Source of the DNA: Solirubrobacterales bacterium
Lineage (GTDB): Bacteria; Actinomycetota; Thermoleophilia; Solirubrobacterales; 70-9
DNA: 64,000 bases
Direction: 5' to 3'
Assembly: GCA_045805805.1 (NCBI GenBank)
Contig: JBJMKO010000144.1
Span: 629-64,628 of the forward strand
The translations under genes were made by a program, and so were the position numbers. Below are positions 1 through 8,670 of the stretch, piece after piece. The notes beneath the pieces were generated by a model. It saw only the letters and a list, made by a program, of their open reading frames with translations, searched no databases and was not told where the DNA came from. The stretch's first letter is position 1; each line of letters opens with the position of its first letter.

Positions 1-398
1 GGCTCGAGCCCGACCTCGTGGCGCGCCACCCACCAGAGGCCGAAGGCGAGGAAGACCTGGAAGAGCAGCTTCCAGCGGGCCGAGAGCCCGAGCGAGCGTC
101 GCTTGACGATCTTGATGAAGTCGTCGGCGAAACCGAGCGTCGCGCAGCCCATCGCGACGCCGAAAACAGCCAGGCTCTGCGCATCGCGGTCGGAGAGGAC
201 GAGGTAGGGAACGCAGATCGAGGCGAATACGATCAGGCCGCCCATCGTCGGCGTCCCGGCCTTGGCGTGATGCTCCTGCGGCCCGTCCTCGCGGATGTGC
301 TGGCCGAACTCCTTGACCCGCAGGAACTCGATGAACTTCGGGCCGAGGAAGATGCAGATCAGCATCGCCGCCATGCCGGCGATCAGGACTTCACCCAT
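1..398 (-). CDS. mraY: phospho-N-acetylmuramoyl-pentapeptide transferase MraY, N-terminal part (gene continues past window start)
   Basis: Own reverse-strand translation from ATG 398-396 reads MGEVLIAGMAAMLICIFLGPKFIEFLRVKEFGQHIREDGPQEHHAKAGTPTMGGLIVF..., a typical MraY N-terminus. The start overlaps the murF stop (391-393). It follows murF as in dcw clusters. The ORF is open at the window edge, so it is absent from the ORF track. Confidence 0.9.
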   Translation of the reverse strand, partial: MGEVLIAGMAAMLICIFLGPKFIEFLRVKEFGQHIREDGPQEHHAKAGTPTMGGLIVFASICVPYLVLSDRDAQSLAVFGVAMGCATLGFADDFIKIVKRRSLGLSARWKLLFQVFLAFGLWWVARHEVGLE

Positions 399-1725
399 CG
401 AGCAGCTCTCCGAGGGTCTCGGCGACCGCCTCCAGCCCCGCGGAGCGGGAGCCCTTGACGAGGACCGTGTCGCCGGGCTCGAGCTGCGCCGCCAGCAGCT
501 CTGCTGCCTCCTCGGGCGTGCCGACCAGCTCGTCCGGTCCGTAATCGCGGGCCGGCTCGCCGACCCCGATCAGCAGTCCGACCTTGGCAGCCCGGGCCCG
601 GTCCCCAATCTCGCGGTGATAGCCGGCGGCGTCGGGGCCGAGCTCCGCCATCTCGCCCAGGACAGCGATCCGCCGCCCCTCGCCGATCGAGGCAAGGTGA
701 CTCAGCGCGGCGCGCATCGAGACTGGGTTGGCGTTGTAGCAGTCGTTCACCAAGACGATCCCGTCGCCCATCTCGAGGCGCTCGCCCCGAAAGCGTGAGA
801 ACCCTATGTTCGCAACGCGGTCGGCCATCTCGGCGAGGGGCGCCTCGAGGGCCACCCCGACGGCCACCGCCGCCAGGGCGTTCTCGAGATTGTGCGCCTC
901 GGCGAAGGGAAAGTCGAAGGGCTGGCGGCCGCTGGGAGTATCGATCAGGGCATGGGTGACGCCGTCGTCGACGCGGCTTTCGATCGCCTGCACGTCGCCG
1001 CCGGGACCGAAGCGGAGCAGGCTCGGCGCTTCCCCCAAGTGCGGCTCCAGCTCCCCGGCTCCGACTGGAACGATGGCGGTGCCGGCGCTAGGCAGCGCGC
1101 TCAACACCTCGGCCTTGGCGGCCGCGATCGCCTCGACCGATCCCAGCAGCTCGACGTGCACAGGGCCGACGTTGGTGATCACGGCAAGCTCGGGCTCGGC
1201 AATCGAGGCCAGCTCGGCGATCTGTCCGGGGCCGCGCATCGCCATCTCGAGCACGAGGGTCCTGGTGCCCTCGGGGGCCTCGAGAATAGTGAGTGGGAGG
1301 CCGATCTCCGTGTTCAGGTTCTCGCGGTTGGCGTGCACGCTGCCCGGCAGCAGCGCCCGGGAGATGTCCTTCACGGAGGTCTTGCCGACCGAGCCGGTGA
1401 TGCCCACGACACGAGCCCCAAGCGCGCGGCGCCTGGCGCGAGCCAGTGCCTGCAGCGCGACCAGCGGATCGGCCACGGAGAAGACCCAGGCGCCCTCGAC
1501 CCCGGCTGTGCACTCCGGGCGCACGACCACGCCCCAGGCGCCGGCCTCCACCGCCGCCGGCGCGAACTCGCAGCCGTCGGCGCGCTCGCCCCGGAGGCCG
1601 AAGAAGAGATCCCCGGGGCCCGTCTCGCCAGAGTCGATCGTCGCCCGCCGCGCCGTCCCCGCCGCGCCCTCGGCCACGATCTCGGCGCCGAGGGCAGCGG
1701 CGATATCCGCCACGCTCATCTTCAT
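391..1725 (-). CDS. murF: UDP-N-acetylmuramoyl-tripeptide--D-alanyl-D-alanine ligase
   Basis: 444-aa ORF with Mur ligase P-loop GITGSVGKTS and NDCYNANP. Lies between murE and mraY, with overlapping stop/start codons on both sides. Confidence 0.92.
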   Translation of the reverse strand: MKMSVADIAAALGAEIVAEGAAGTARRATIDSGETGPGDLFFGLRGERADGCEFAPAAVEAGAWGVVVRPECTAGVEGAWVFSVADPLVALQALARARRRALGARVVGITGSVGKTSVKDISRALLPGSVHANRENLNTEIGLPLTILEAPEGTRTLVLEMAMRGPGQIAELASIAEPELAVITNVGPVHVELLGSVEAIAAAKAEVLSALPSAGTAIVPVGAGELEPHLGEAPSLLRFGPGGDVQAIESRVDDGVTHALIDTPSGRQPFDFPFAEAHNLENALAAVAVGVALEAPLAEMADRVANIGFSRFRGERLEMGDGIVLVNDCYNANPVSMRAALSHLASIGEGRRIAVLGEMAELGPDAAGYHREIGDRARAAKVGLLIGVGEPARDYGPDELVGTPEEAAELLAAQLEPGDTVLVKGSRSAGLEAVAETLGELLDG

Positions 1726-3311
1726 CCGGCACCGACCAGCTTCCGCAGCTCTTCGCGCGCCACCTCGCGATCGTCGAAGGGAACCTTGCGGCCGCCCTCG
1801 AGCTCCTGGCCCTGCTCGTGTCCCTTGCCGGCGATTACGACCATGTCTCCGGCCGCCGCCTCTCGCAGCGCGCGAGCAATCGCGGCCCGGCGATCCTGCT
1901 CGACCTCGAACGAGGCGCCGTTCTCGATCCCACCGACGACTTCCTCGATGATCGTCCCGGGCTCTTCTGAGCGCGGGTTGTCGGAGGTGACGATCGCCAG
2001 ATCGGAACCGGCAGCGCCGGCCCGGCCCATCTTCGGCCGCTTGTCCCGATCGCGATCGCCACCGGCGCCGAAGACCGCGATCACCCGCCCCTCGGTCAAC
2101 CGTCGCGCCGCCCGCAAGACGTTCTCCAGCGAGTCCGGCGTGTGCGCGTAGTCGACCAGCACGGCGAAGCCCTGCCCCTCGTCGACCGGCTCGAACCGCC
2201 CCGGCACCCGCTCGGCCCGCCCCAGCCCCTCGGCGGCAACCTCCGGTGCGATACCCATCTCAACCGTCGCCGCAAACGCCCCCAGCGCATTGGCCACATT
2301 GAAGTCCCCGGGCAACCCGGTCCGCACCGGCACCCCCCCGCTGACGGGACGAAATGTGGAGCCACAGTCCACATTTCGTCCCGTCAGCGGGCTGTTCACG
2401 GTGAATGTGGCGCTCGCGGCGTCGAAGGTGACGTTGCTCGCGACGAAATCGGCCTCGGCGGCCTCGGCCGAGAAGGTCGTGCAATCGAATTCCTCGGCCA
2501 GGCGACGGCCGTAGGAGTCGTCGACGTTGACGATCGACGCCTTCGGGCCCATCTCGAAGAGCAGTCGCTTCGAACGGAAGTACTCCTCCATGTCCCCGTG
2601 GAAGTCGAGGTGGTCCTGGGTCAGGTTGGTGAAGAGCGCCGCCTCGAAGTGGATCGAGTCGCAGCGGTGCAGGGCCAGCGCATGCGAGGAAACCTCGATC
2701 GCGCAGGCCCGGTCACCCGCTTGCAGCATTCGCCTGAACGTCGCCTGCAGGTCGATCGCCTCCGGCGTCGTCCGCTCGACCTCCTCCTCGGCCCCACCGA
2801 CCACCTGCCGCACCGTCCCCATCAGCCCACACTGAATACCGGCCGCCTCCAGCACCTCCCGAATCAAGAACGCAGTCGTCGTCTTCCCATTGGTCCCAGT
2901 AACCCCCACGACCCGAAGCTCCGAAGTCGGATCCCCCCAAAACCGAGCCGCCAAAGGAGCCATCGCCACCCGCGCATCGGGCACGATCACCTGCGTCACA
3001 TCCAGATCCAACTCCCGCTCGACCACAAGCCCCACCGCTCCGGCCTCCACCGCCGCCCCAGCAAAGTCATGCCCATCGCTCTTCTCACCAGGCACGCAAA
3101 AGAACAGCGTCCCGGACCCAACCTTCCGGCTGTCATAAGCAAGAGACCCCACCTCAACGGCGGGATCCCCGACAACCCGGCCCTCAACAGCTCCGGCGAC
3201 AAGCGCACCCAATCTCACGCCGCGAAGTCTAAGAAGGTCGCCGGGTGCCCTCCCCAAAACACTCAAGCGCGGCTCTGCCGCGCGTTTTGGGGAGGGCACC
3301 CGGCGGCCCAA
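1722..3311 (-). CDS. murE: UDP-N-acetylmuramoyl-L-alanyl-D-glutamate--2,6-diaminopimelate ligase
   Basis: 529-aa ORF with P-loop GVTGTNGKTTT and the DAP-type DNPR motif (TSDNPRSEEP). The start is uncertain: TTG at 3311 lies 4 nt after the ftsI stop, and GTG at 3218 is the alternative, because a long hairpin occupies 3236-3308. Confidence 0.9.
   Translation of the reverse strand: MGRRVPSPKRAAEPRLSVLGRAPGDLLRLRGVRLGALVAGAVEGRVVGDPAVEVGSLAYDSRKVGSGTLFFCVPGEKSDGHDFAGAAVEAGAVGLVVERELDLDVTQVIVPDARVAMAPLAARFWGDPTSELRVVGVTGTNGKTTTAFLIREVLEAAGIQCGLMGTVRQVVGGAEEEVERTTPEAIDLQATFRRMLQAGDRACAIEVSSHALALHRCDSIHFEAALFTNLTQDHLDFHGDMEEYFRSKRLLFEMGPKASIVNVDDSYGRRLAEEFDCTTFSAEAAEADFVASNVTFDAASATFTVNSPLTGRNVDCGSTFRPVSGGVPVRTGLPGDFNVANALGAFAATVEMGIAPEVAAEGLGRAERVPGRFEPVDEGQGFAVLVDYAHTPDSLENVLRAARRLTEGRVIAVFGAGGDRDRDKRPKMGRAGAAGSDLAIVTSDNPRSEEPGTIIEEVVGGIENGASFEVEQDRRAAIARALREAAAGDMVVIAGKGHEQGQELEGGRKVPFDDREVAREELRKLVGAG
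2337..2391. repeat. perfect 24-bp inverted repeat with 7-nt loop inside the murE coding sequence
   Basis: CCCGCTGACGGGACGAAATGTGGA (2337-2360), loop GCCACAG, then TCCACATTTCGTCCCGTCAGCGGG (2368-2391). Reverse complement checked base by base. It is translated as PLTGRNVDCGSTFRPVSG. Confidence 0.9.
3236..3308. repeat. compound hairpin at the ftsI-murE junction
   Basis: Perfect 22-bp arms CGCCGGGTGCCCTCCCCAAAAC (3239-3260) and GTTTTGGGGAGGGCACCCGGCG (3284-3305), extendable to 3236/3308 with one mismatch. The loop contains a second perfect 7-bp stem, GCGCGGC-TCT-GCCGCGC (3267-3283). Confidence 0.9.
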
Positions 3312-3314
3312 CCC

Positions 3315-4967
3315 CTATTCGGGAGCCACCCCGAGATAGGGCAACGCATAAGCCGCGATCTTCCCAAAAGCCGGCGCCGCCACAGACCCGCCGTAGATAT
3401 CCCCCTGCGGCTGGTCGACGACGACTCCAACCAACAGCTTCGGATCCCGCGCCGGCGCAAAGCCGATGAAGGAGGCCACGTACTTGGTCGCGGAGTAGGT
3501 CCCGTTTTCGGCCACCTGCGCCGTGCCGGTCTTCCCGGCCAGGGTGTAGCCGGGCACGCTCACCTCCGACGCGGTTCCGCCGGCAGCAAGCACGCCTTCG
3601 AGCATTTCGCGCACCTGCGCGGCAACGCCGGCGTCGATCACGCGGTGGCCCTTGGGCTCGTGCACGGTTTCGTCGCCGACTTTCTCGACCAGCTGCGGGC
3701 GGCGCAGGATGCCGCCGTTGGCGATCGCCTCATAGCCGGCCATCATCTGCATCGGCGTCACCGAGAGGCCCTGGCCGATCGGCAGGTTCCCTATCGTCGA
3801 GCCCGAGTACTGGTCCAGCGCCGGCACGATCCCCCGCTCCTCGGCGGGGAACTGCACTCCGGTGGGACGGCCGAAGCCGAAGCGGTCGACCCAGCGGCTG
3901 AAGCGCTTGCTGCCCAGCCCCAACCCGATCGTGGCGGCGCCGACGTTGGAGGACTGGGCGAGGATCTGGGCGACGCTGAGGGTCACGGTCGGCCTCGCCT
4001 CGGCGTCTTCGATGACGCGATCGGCGACGTGCAGCGCCGGCGGCAGGGTGAAGGTCGTTTCCGGCGTCACCAATTTTTCCTCGAGGGCGGCGGAGACCGT
4101 GAACGCCTTGAAGGTCGAGCCGGGCTCGTAGGTGAAGCCCGTGGCCCGGTTCATCAGGTCTTCGGGGCTGGCAGCGGCGAGGTCAGTGGGATCGACGGGT
4201 GGCCAGTTGGCCATCGCCAGGATCTGGGAGCTGCGCGGGTCCATCACGATCGCCGTCGCGCCCTTCGGCGCGTAGGTTTCGCCGACTTCGGCCAGGACCT
4301 GCTCTGTCTTCGCCTCGATCGCCGGGTCGAGGGTCAGCTTGATGTCGCTGCCGTCCTCGGCTTCCTGCGCGGTTTCCAGGCGGATCGGTTCGCCCTTCGC
4401 GTCGATGACGATCCGCCTTTCGCCGTCGCTGCCGTGCAGGAGGGATTCCTCACCCGCCTCGAGGCCGCTCAGTCCTTCGTCTTCGGCCCCGACCGCGCCG
4501 ACCACCTGGGCCGCCAGCTCACCCTGCGGGTAGGTGCGGCGGCTATCGGGGTCCTCGCCTATCCCAAGCAGTCCGAGCCGTTCTATCCGCGCTGCCGTCG
4601 GCAGATCGACCTTGTGGGCGAGCGCGACGTAGCTCGTTTCAGCCGAAATCTCGCTGAGGACCTTGGCCGGGGACAGCCCGAGGATCGGGGCAAGTTTTTC
4701 CGCGATCCGGGCAGGCTTCTCGACTTCGGCCGGGATCGCAAAGATCGTCGCCGCGTCTTCGGAGGAGGCGAGCGCATTGCCGTGCCGATCCAGCAGGCTT
4801 CCGCGCAGGCTCGGCAAGGGGATCGACTGGGTCTGCTGGCTGCTCGCCTCAGAGGCGAGCTTGGACCCCTGCACTCCCTGCAACCAGAAGGCGCGCCCGG
4901 CGATGAGCAGGAAGCAGAGGAGGAAGCCGGCGAAGAGAAGGCCGATCCTTCGCTCGATCACCTTCAC
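3315..4967 (-). CDS. ftsI: penicillin-binding protein 2/3-type transpeptidase (FtsI-like)
   Basis: Transpeptidase motifs STFK, SSN and KTGT, with an N-terminal membrane anchor IGLLFAGFLLCFLLIAG. The GTG start at 4967 was chosen because the longer ORF (to 5081) would overlap the upstream ftsL-like gene by 100 nt. Confidence 0.85.
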   Translation of the reverse strand: MKVIERRIGLLFAGFLLCFLLIAGRAFWLQGVQGSKLASEASSQQTQSIPLPSLRGSLLDRHGNALASSEDAATIFAIPAEVEKPARIAEKLAPILGLSPAKVLSEISAETSYVALAHKVDLPTAARIERLGLLGIGEDPDSRRTYPQGELAAQVVGAVGAEDEGLSGLEAGEESLLHGSDGERRIVIDAKGEPIRLETAQEAEDGSDIKLTLDPAIEAKTEQVLAEVGETYAPKGATAIVMDPRSSQILAMANWPPVDPTDLAAASPEDLMNRATGFTYEPGSTFKAFTVSAALEEKLVTPETTFTLPPALHVADRVIEDAEARPTVTLSVAQILAQSSNVGAATIGLGLGSKRFSRWVDRFGFGRPTGVQFPAEERGIVPALDQYSGSTIGNLPIGQGLSVTPMQMMAGYEAIANGGILRRPQLVEKVGDETVHEPKGHRVIDAGVAAQVREMLEGVLAAGGTASEVSVPGYTLAGKTGTAQVAENGTYSATKYVASFIGFAPARDPKLLVGVVVDQPQGDIYGGSVAAPAFGKIAAYALPYLGVAPE

Positions 4968-4980
4968 CGGGCGCGGACCT

Positions 4981-5517
4981 CTAGTAGCCCGTGCCCGCGG
5001 CAGCGAGACGCCGGGCGGCGACGGAGACGTCGTGCGCGCTCGCCCGCACGTAGCCGATCTGGTCGGTGGTCGCGATGGCAAGGCCGAGCGCGGCGGCTTC
5101 CTGGCGCACCCGCGCCACGCCGTAGCGCTCCGCGACGCGAACGCCCAGAAGGGAGTTCTCCGACTCGAGCGCCGCGACGTTGCGGTCGATCTGCCCGGCC
5201 GAGGCCGCGAGGCTGAGGGTGACGACGTTGACGGCGACGATCCCGGCCAACAGCACGCCGAGGACGCCGATCCAGGCGCGGCCGCGCGTCATCCGCACCA
5301 TCAGGCTGGAATCGGGCAGGTGGCGGACCGCCGTTGCGGTGCCGACCGCGATCGGGATCAGCTGGCCGCCAGGACGACGGGTAGGCGCGCCGCGACGCGC
5401 CGGGACGGTCTTGCGAGCCGGGGCCTCCAGCGCCGCAGGCTTCCTTCGCGCGGGAACCTTGCGGCTCGGCGCCCGTGCCGGAGCGGCGGCCCTGCGGGCG
5501 GTAGCCGCAGCGGCCAT
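4981..5517 (-). CDS. cell division protein FtsL-like (single-pass membrane protein)
   Basis: 178-aa ORF with an Arg/Ala-rich N-terminus, one TM helix (AWIGVLGVLLAGIVAVNVVTL), then a coiled-coil-like segment. It occupies the position between rsmH and ftsI. The family call rests on position and architecture only. Confidence 0.6.
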   Translation of the reverse strand: MAAAATARRAAAPARAPSRKVPARRKPAALEAPARKTVPARRGAPTRRPGGQLIPIAVGTATAVRHLPDSSLMVRMTRGRAWIGVLGVLLAGIVAVNVVTLSLAASAGQIDRNVAALESENSLLGVRVAERYGVARVRQEAAALGLAIATTDQIGYVRASAHDVSVAARRLAAAGTGY

Positions 5518-6533
5518 CAGGCTTCCGCCCCGGCGTACTCGCCGATCTTCGTCGCCGCGCGCAGGTGGGCCGACCTGGAACGCGGGTTGGCAGCCATCTC
5601 GTCGGGGCCGGGGGCAACGGCGCGGCGTGTCAGCAGCTCGGCTTCGGGCTCGCGGCCGCAGACGCAGACGGGAAGCTCAGGCGGACAGACGCAGCCGCGG
5701 GCTCGCTCGGCAAGGAAGCGCTTGACGCGGCGGTCCTCGAGGGAGTGGAAGGAGATCGCCGCGAGGCGGCCATCGATCGGCAGCATCTCCCAGGCAGTTG
5801 GCAGCGCGTCCTCGAGCGAGTCGAGCTCCCCGTTGACTGCGATCCGGATCGCCTGGAAGGTCCGCTTCGCCGGGTGCCCGCCGCCGAACCGGGCCGAAGC
5901 CGGCATTCCGGCCTTGATCGCGTCGACGAGCTCGGAGGTGGTCGCGAGCGGGCGACGGCGGGCGATCTCACGGGCGATGCCGCCCGCGTATCGCTCCTCG
6001 CCAAAGCGGCGCAGCACTTGGGCCAGCCGCGACTCGGGCCACTCGTTGACGATGCCGGCGGCGCTCAGCTGCTGGCGGGTGTCCATTCGCATGTCGAGCG
6101 GCGCGTCATAGGAATAGGAGAAGCCCCGCTCCCAGGCGTCGATCTGCATCGAGGACATTCCGAGGTCCATGTAGATCATGTCTGGGTGGATGCCTTCGCC
6201 GCCCAGGGTGCGAAGCCCTGCCGCGAAATCGCTGCCCAGGAACCGGGTTGAACAAGGGGCCTCCTCGGCAAAAGCCTCGAAGCGGCCCTCTGCGGAGGGG
6301 TCGCGGTCGATGCAGACCAACGTCCCGGTCGGGCCTATAGCAGCCGCGATCTGCTTCGCGTGTCCGCCGCCGCCGAAGGTGCAGTCGACGGCGACTTGGC
6401 CGGGCTGGGGCGCGAGCAGAGCGGTCAGCTCTGCGGCAAGAACGGGTTTGTGCTCGGTCGGCATATAGAGAAGGGTTGCGCGACTCAGGGGCGCGGTCGC
6501 GGGTGACGGGGCTCGCTGCGCTCGGGCCTCCAT
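5517..6533 (-). CDS. rsmH: 16S rRNA (cytosine1402-N4)-methyltransferase
   Basis: HKPVL start region, SAM-site GGGGHA, and DLGMSSMQID. Lies immediately downstream of mraZ. An alternative start is ATG at 6464 (MPTEHKPVL). Confidence 0.92.
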   Translation of the reverse strand: MEARAQRAPSPATAPLSRATLLYMPTEHKPVLAAELTALLAPQPGQVAVDCTFGGGGHAKQIAAAIGPTGTLVCIDRDPSAEGRFEAFAEEAPCSTRFLGSDFAAGLRTLGGEGIHPDMIYMDLGMSSMQIDAWERGFSYSYDAPLDMRMDTRQQLSAAGIVNEWPESRLAQVLRRFGEERYAGGIAREIARRRPLATTSELVDAIKAGMPASARFGGGHPAKRTFQAIRIAVNGELDSLEDALPTAWEMLPIDGRLAAISFHSLEDRRVKRFLAERARGCVCPPELPVCVCGREPEAELLTRRAVAPGPDEMAANPRSRSAHLRAATKIGEYAGAEA

Positions 6534-6534
6534 C

Positions 6535-6978
6535 TCACTCAGGCGCTCCGTTCGCGGCCAGGCCCTCGGCGATCTCCGGCGCGGAGGAGTCGAGCTCGGC
6601 CTCCTGCTTCGCCCAGTCCTCGGCGTTCCAGATCTCCAGGTACTCCCCCGCCCCGATCACGACGCAGGGGCCGGCGAGCCCGGCGTGCTCGATCAACGGC
6701 CTGGGCACGCGGATGCGGCCGGCAGAGTCGAGCTTCTCGTCGAAGGAGCCGCCGTGGAAGCGGCGGCGCAGCTGGCGCGCGTCGCGCCCGAAGGGACTGT
6801 GAGGCGAGAGGAAGCGGTCGGAAAGCTGCTCGAACTCCTCGGTCGTATGTACCCAGACGCAGGGGTCGAAGCCCTTGGACAGAACAACCCCGTCGGACAG
6901 AGCTGCCCTGAACCTGGAGGGAACGGTGAGGCGATCCTTGGAATCGAGACTGTGCTCGTAGAGGCCCCGAAATGCCAC
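6535..6978 (-). CDS. mraZ: transcriptional regulator MraZ
   Basis: 147 aa with a GTG start. Two SpoVT/AbrB-like halves carry DSKDRLTVP and DSAGRIRVP. It is the first gene of the dcw cluster. Confidence 0.93.
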   Translation of the reverse strand: MAFRGLYEHSLDSKDRLTVPSRFRAALSDGVVLSKGFDPCVWVHTTEEFEQLSDRFLSPHSPFGRDARQLRRRFHGGSFDEKLDSAGRIRVPRPLIEHAGLAGPCVVIGAGEYLEIWNAEDWAKQEAELDSSAPEIAEGLAANGAPE

Positions 6979-7011
6979 CGCGGGTTCCTTTCTGGCCTGG
7001 GAAGTGAGTTA

Positions 7012-7054
7012 GGACCGGAGTGATGAGGTGGGAGGAACCTCATCACCCCGGTCC
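7012..7054 (-). promoter_or_regulatory. 18-bp stem / 7-nt loop hairpin in the mraZ leader
   Basis: GGACCGGAGTGATGAGGT (7012-7029) pairs with ACCTCATCACCCCGGTCC (7037-7054) at 17/18. It lies between the MraZ-box-like repeats and the mraZ start. The loop reads TCCTCCC on the transcribed strand. Confidence 0.4.
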
Positions 7055-7070
7055 TGGGCTTCAACTCGCG

Positions 7071-7100
7071 GGCACTGTATCCCACTTTCCCCCACTTTGC
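7071..7100 (-). promoter_or_regulatory. candidate MraZ operator: three 10-bp-phased direct repeats
   Basis: The reverse strand reads GCAAAGTGGG GGAAAGTGGG ATACAGTGCC. MraZ is known to bind phased GTGGG-type repeats in its own promoter. The site lies about 95-120 nt upstream of mraZ. Confidence 0.5.
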
Positions 7101-7204
7101 AACACGACTCCATCCTGCAACCCCATTTGCATCCCAACACCCCTATGCCCAGAGGGCGTGTCTGATCTTGGGTGTCCATATGACCCCCTAAGCTCAGCCA
7201 CCCC

Positions 7205-8041
7205 TTGGACGTGCCTGACGACGCCAACGACCTGCGCGGCTTTCATTTCCGGCGGCTGCTGCGCAAGCCCGCCGCCTGGATCGCGACGGGGGTCGCGGTC
7301 ATCGCTGCAGGTGTCGCGGCCGCCGTCTTCCTCAGCGTGGCGATCGGCGCCGCGGCCGCCGCCGGCGTCTTCCTGATCTCGCTCCTGATCGTCTTCGCGA
7401 TCGCCGACTCGAAGGCCGAGGACGACTTCTTCGAGACCTACGCTGCCCGGTGCGGCCTGGCGCTATCGGGCAGGGGGCCACTGCCGCCGGCGACGCCGCT
7501 GCTGCGCAAGGGCGACGACCGCTACGCCGAGCGTGCCCTCGCCGGCCCGCTGGCCGACGGCATCGACGGGGTCCTCGCCCTCTACACCTATGAGGACGAG
7601 ACCACCGACAGCGAGGGCAATCGCCAGACCAACTACTACCGCTACACGGTGGGCCTGATCGAGGTGCCCGAGTGCGCCGCCCACCTCCCCGAGCTCTTCT
7701 GCCAGCGCAAGTTCGGGTTGCGCTCGCTGGAGAAGCTCGAGGACGCCTTCCGCCGCTCCAAGCAGCGGGTCGAGCTGGAGAGCGAGGCGCTCGACGAGCG
7801 CTACGAGATCTTCGCCGGCCCCGACCAGGACCAGGTCTGGCTGCGCCGCTTCTTCTCCCCCACCTTCGTCGTCTGGCTGAGTGAGAAGGCGCCGAAGAAG
7901 TTCGCCTTCGAGCTGGTCGGCGGCGCCCTCTGCTGTTACGTCAGCGGCCACAAGGAGAACGCCGCCGACCTCGACACCGTCCGCGCCGCCTCCGCCGCCG
8001 TCGCCAGGCGGCTGCGCGAGGAGTCGCTCGAAACGGGCTAG
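7205..8041 (+). CDS. hypothetical membrane protein
   Basis: 278-aa ORF with a TTG start and two N-terminal TM helices (WIATGVAVIAAGVAAAVFLSV, AAGVFLISLLIVFAIA). Codon third positions are G/C-rich. No family recognised. Confidence 0.6.
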   Translation: MDVPDDANDLRGFHFRRLLRKPAAWIATGVAVIAAGVAAAVFLSVAIGAAAAAGVFLISLLIVFAIADSKAEDDFFETYAARCGLALSGRGPLPPATPLLRKGDDRYAERALAGPLADGIDGVLALYTYEDETTDSEGNRQTNYYRYTVGLIEVPECAAHLPELFCQRKFGLRSLEKLEDAFRRSKQRVELESEALDERYEIFAGPDQDQVWLRRFFSPTFVVWLSEKAPKKFAFELVGGALCCYVSGHKENAADLDTVRAASAAVARRLREESLETG

Positions 8042-8670
8042 CCGAAGCCGGCGAGCAGGACGTCCGCGTTGGCGATCAGGGCGGCGGCGATCATCAGCAG
8101 CACTGACGGCACGAGCACGAGGGCGACGACCAGCTGGATCTTCGGGGCGGCCCGAGCGGCGTGCTCCTCGACGAGGCGGCGCTGGTCGCGGCGCAGGGCG
8201 CTCGCCTGGCGGCGGAGCAGGTCGGCCAGCGGCGAGCCGTAGCGACGGGAGCGCTCGATCGAGGCGCAGAGGGTGGCGACCTCGTTGCCGGGAACGCGGG
8301 CCCGAAGGGACTGGAGCGCCTCGGTGAGGGGACGGCCACACTCGAGCTCGGCGACCGTCATCCGCAGCTCGTCGGCCAGGGGGCCGATCCCCGAGCGGGC
8401 GATCTCAGTGAACCCGGCAGCGGGGCCGCGGCCCGAAGCGGCGCCGACCGCGAGCAGGTCGAGCGCGTCGGGCAGAGCGGCAACGAGGCGGCGGCGGCGC
8501 AGCCGAGCCCGTCGCTCTACCAGCGCATCCGGGACGAAGAACCCCGCGAGCGGCATGCCGATCGCAACCAGGAGAGAGAGGTGACCGGGCGCCGCCGGGG
8601 CGGCGAGGAGCGCGGCCAGGGCGGCCACCGCGGCGCTTCCGAGCTTGGCGACGATCGGGGATAGCCTCAC
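8038..8670 (-). CDS. tadC: type II secretion system F-family protein (TadC-like)
   Basis: 210 aa with the GspF/TadC-like layout (TM - cytoplasmic helical domain - TM). It is the last gene of the tadA-tadB-tadC series. Confidence 0.8.
   Translation of the reverse strand: MRLSPIVAKLGSAAVAALAALLAAPAAPGHLSLLVAIGMPLAGFFVPDALVERRARLRRRRLVAALPDALDLLAVGAASGRGPAAGFTEIARSGIGPLADELRMTVAELECGRPLTEALQSLRARVPGNEVATLCASIERSRRYGSPLADLLRRQASALRRDQRRLVEEHAARAAPKIQLVVALVLVPSVLLMIAAALIANADVLLAGFG

Noticed and set aside
2142-5216. 1024-aa ORF on the + strand spanning murE and ftsI
   Set aside because: It is the antisense shadow of two genes with unmistakable Mur-ligase and PBP motifs on the - strand. The translation is Arg/Pro/Gly-rich low complexity, as expected for stop-poor antisense frames in very GC-rich DNA.
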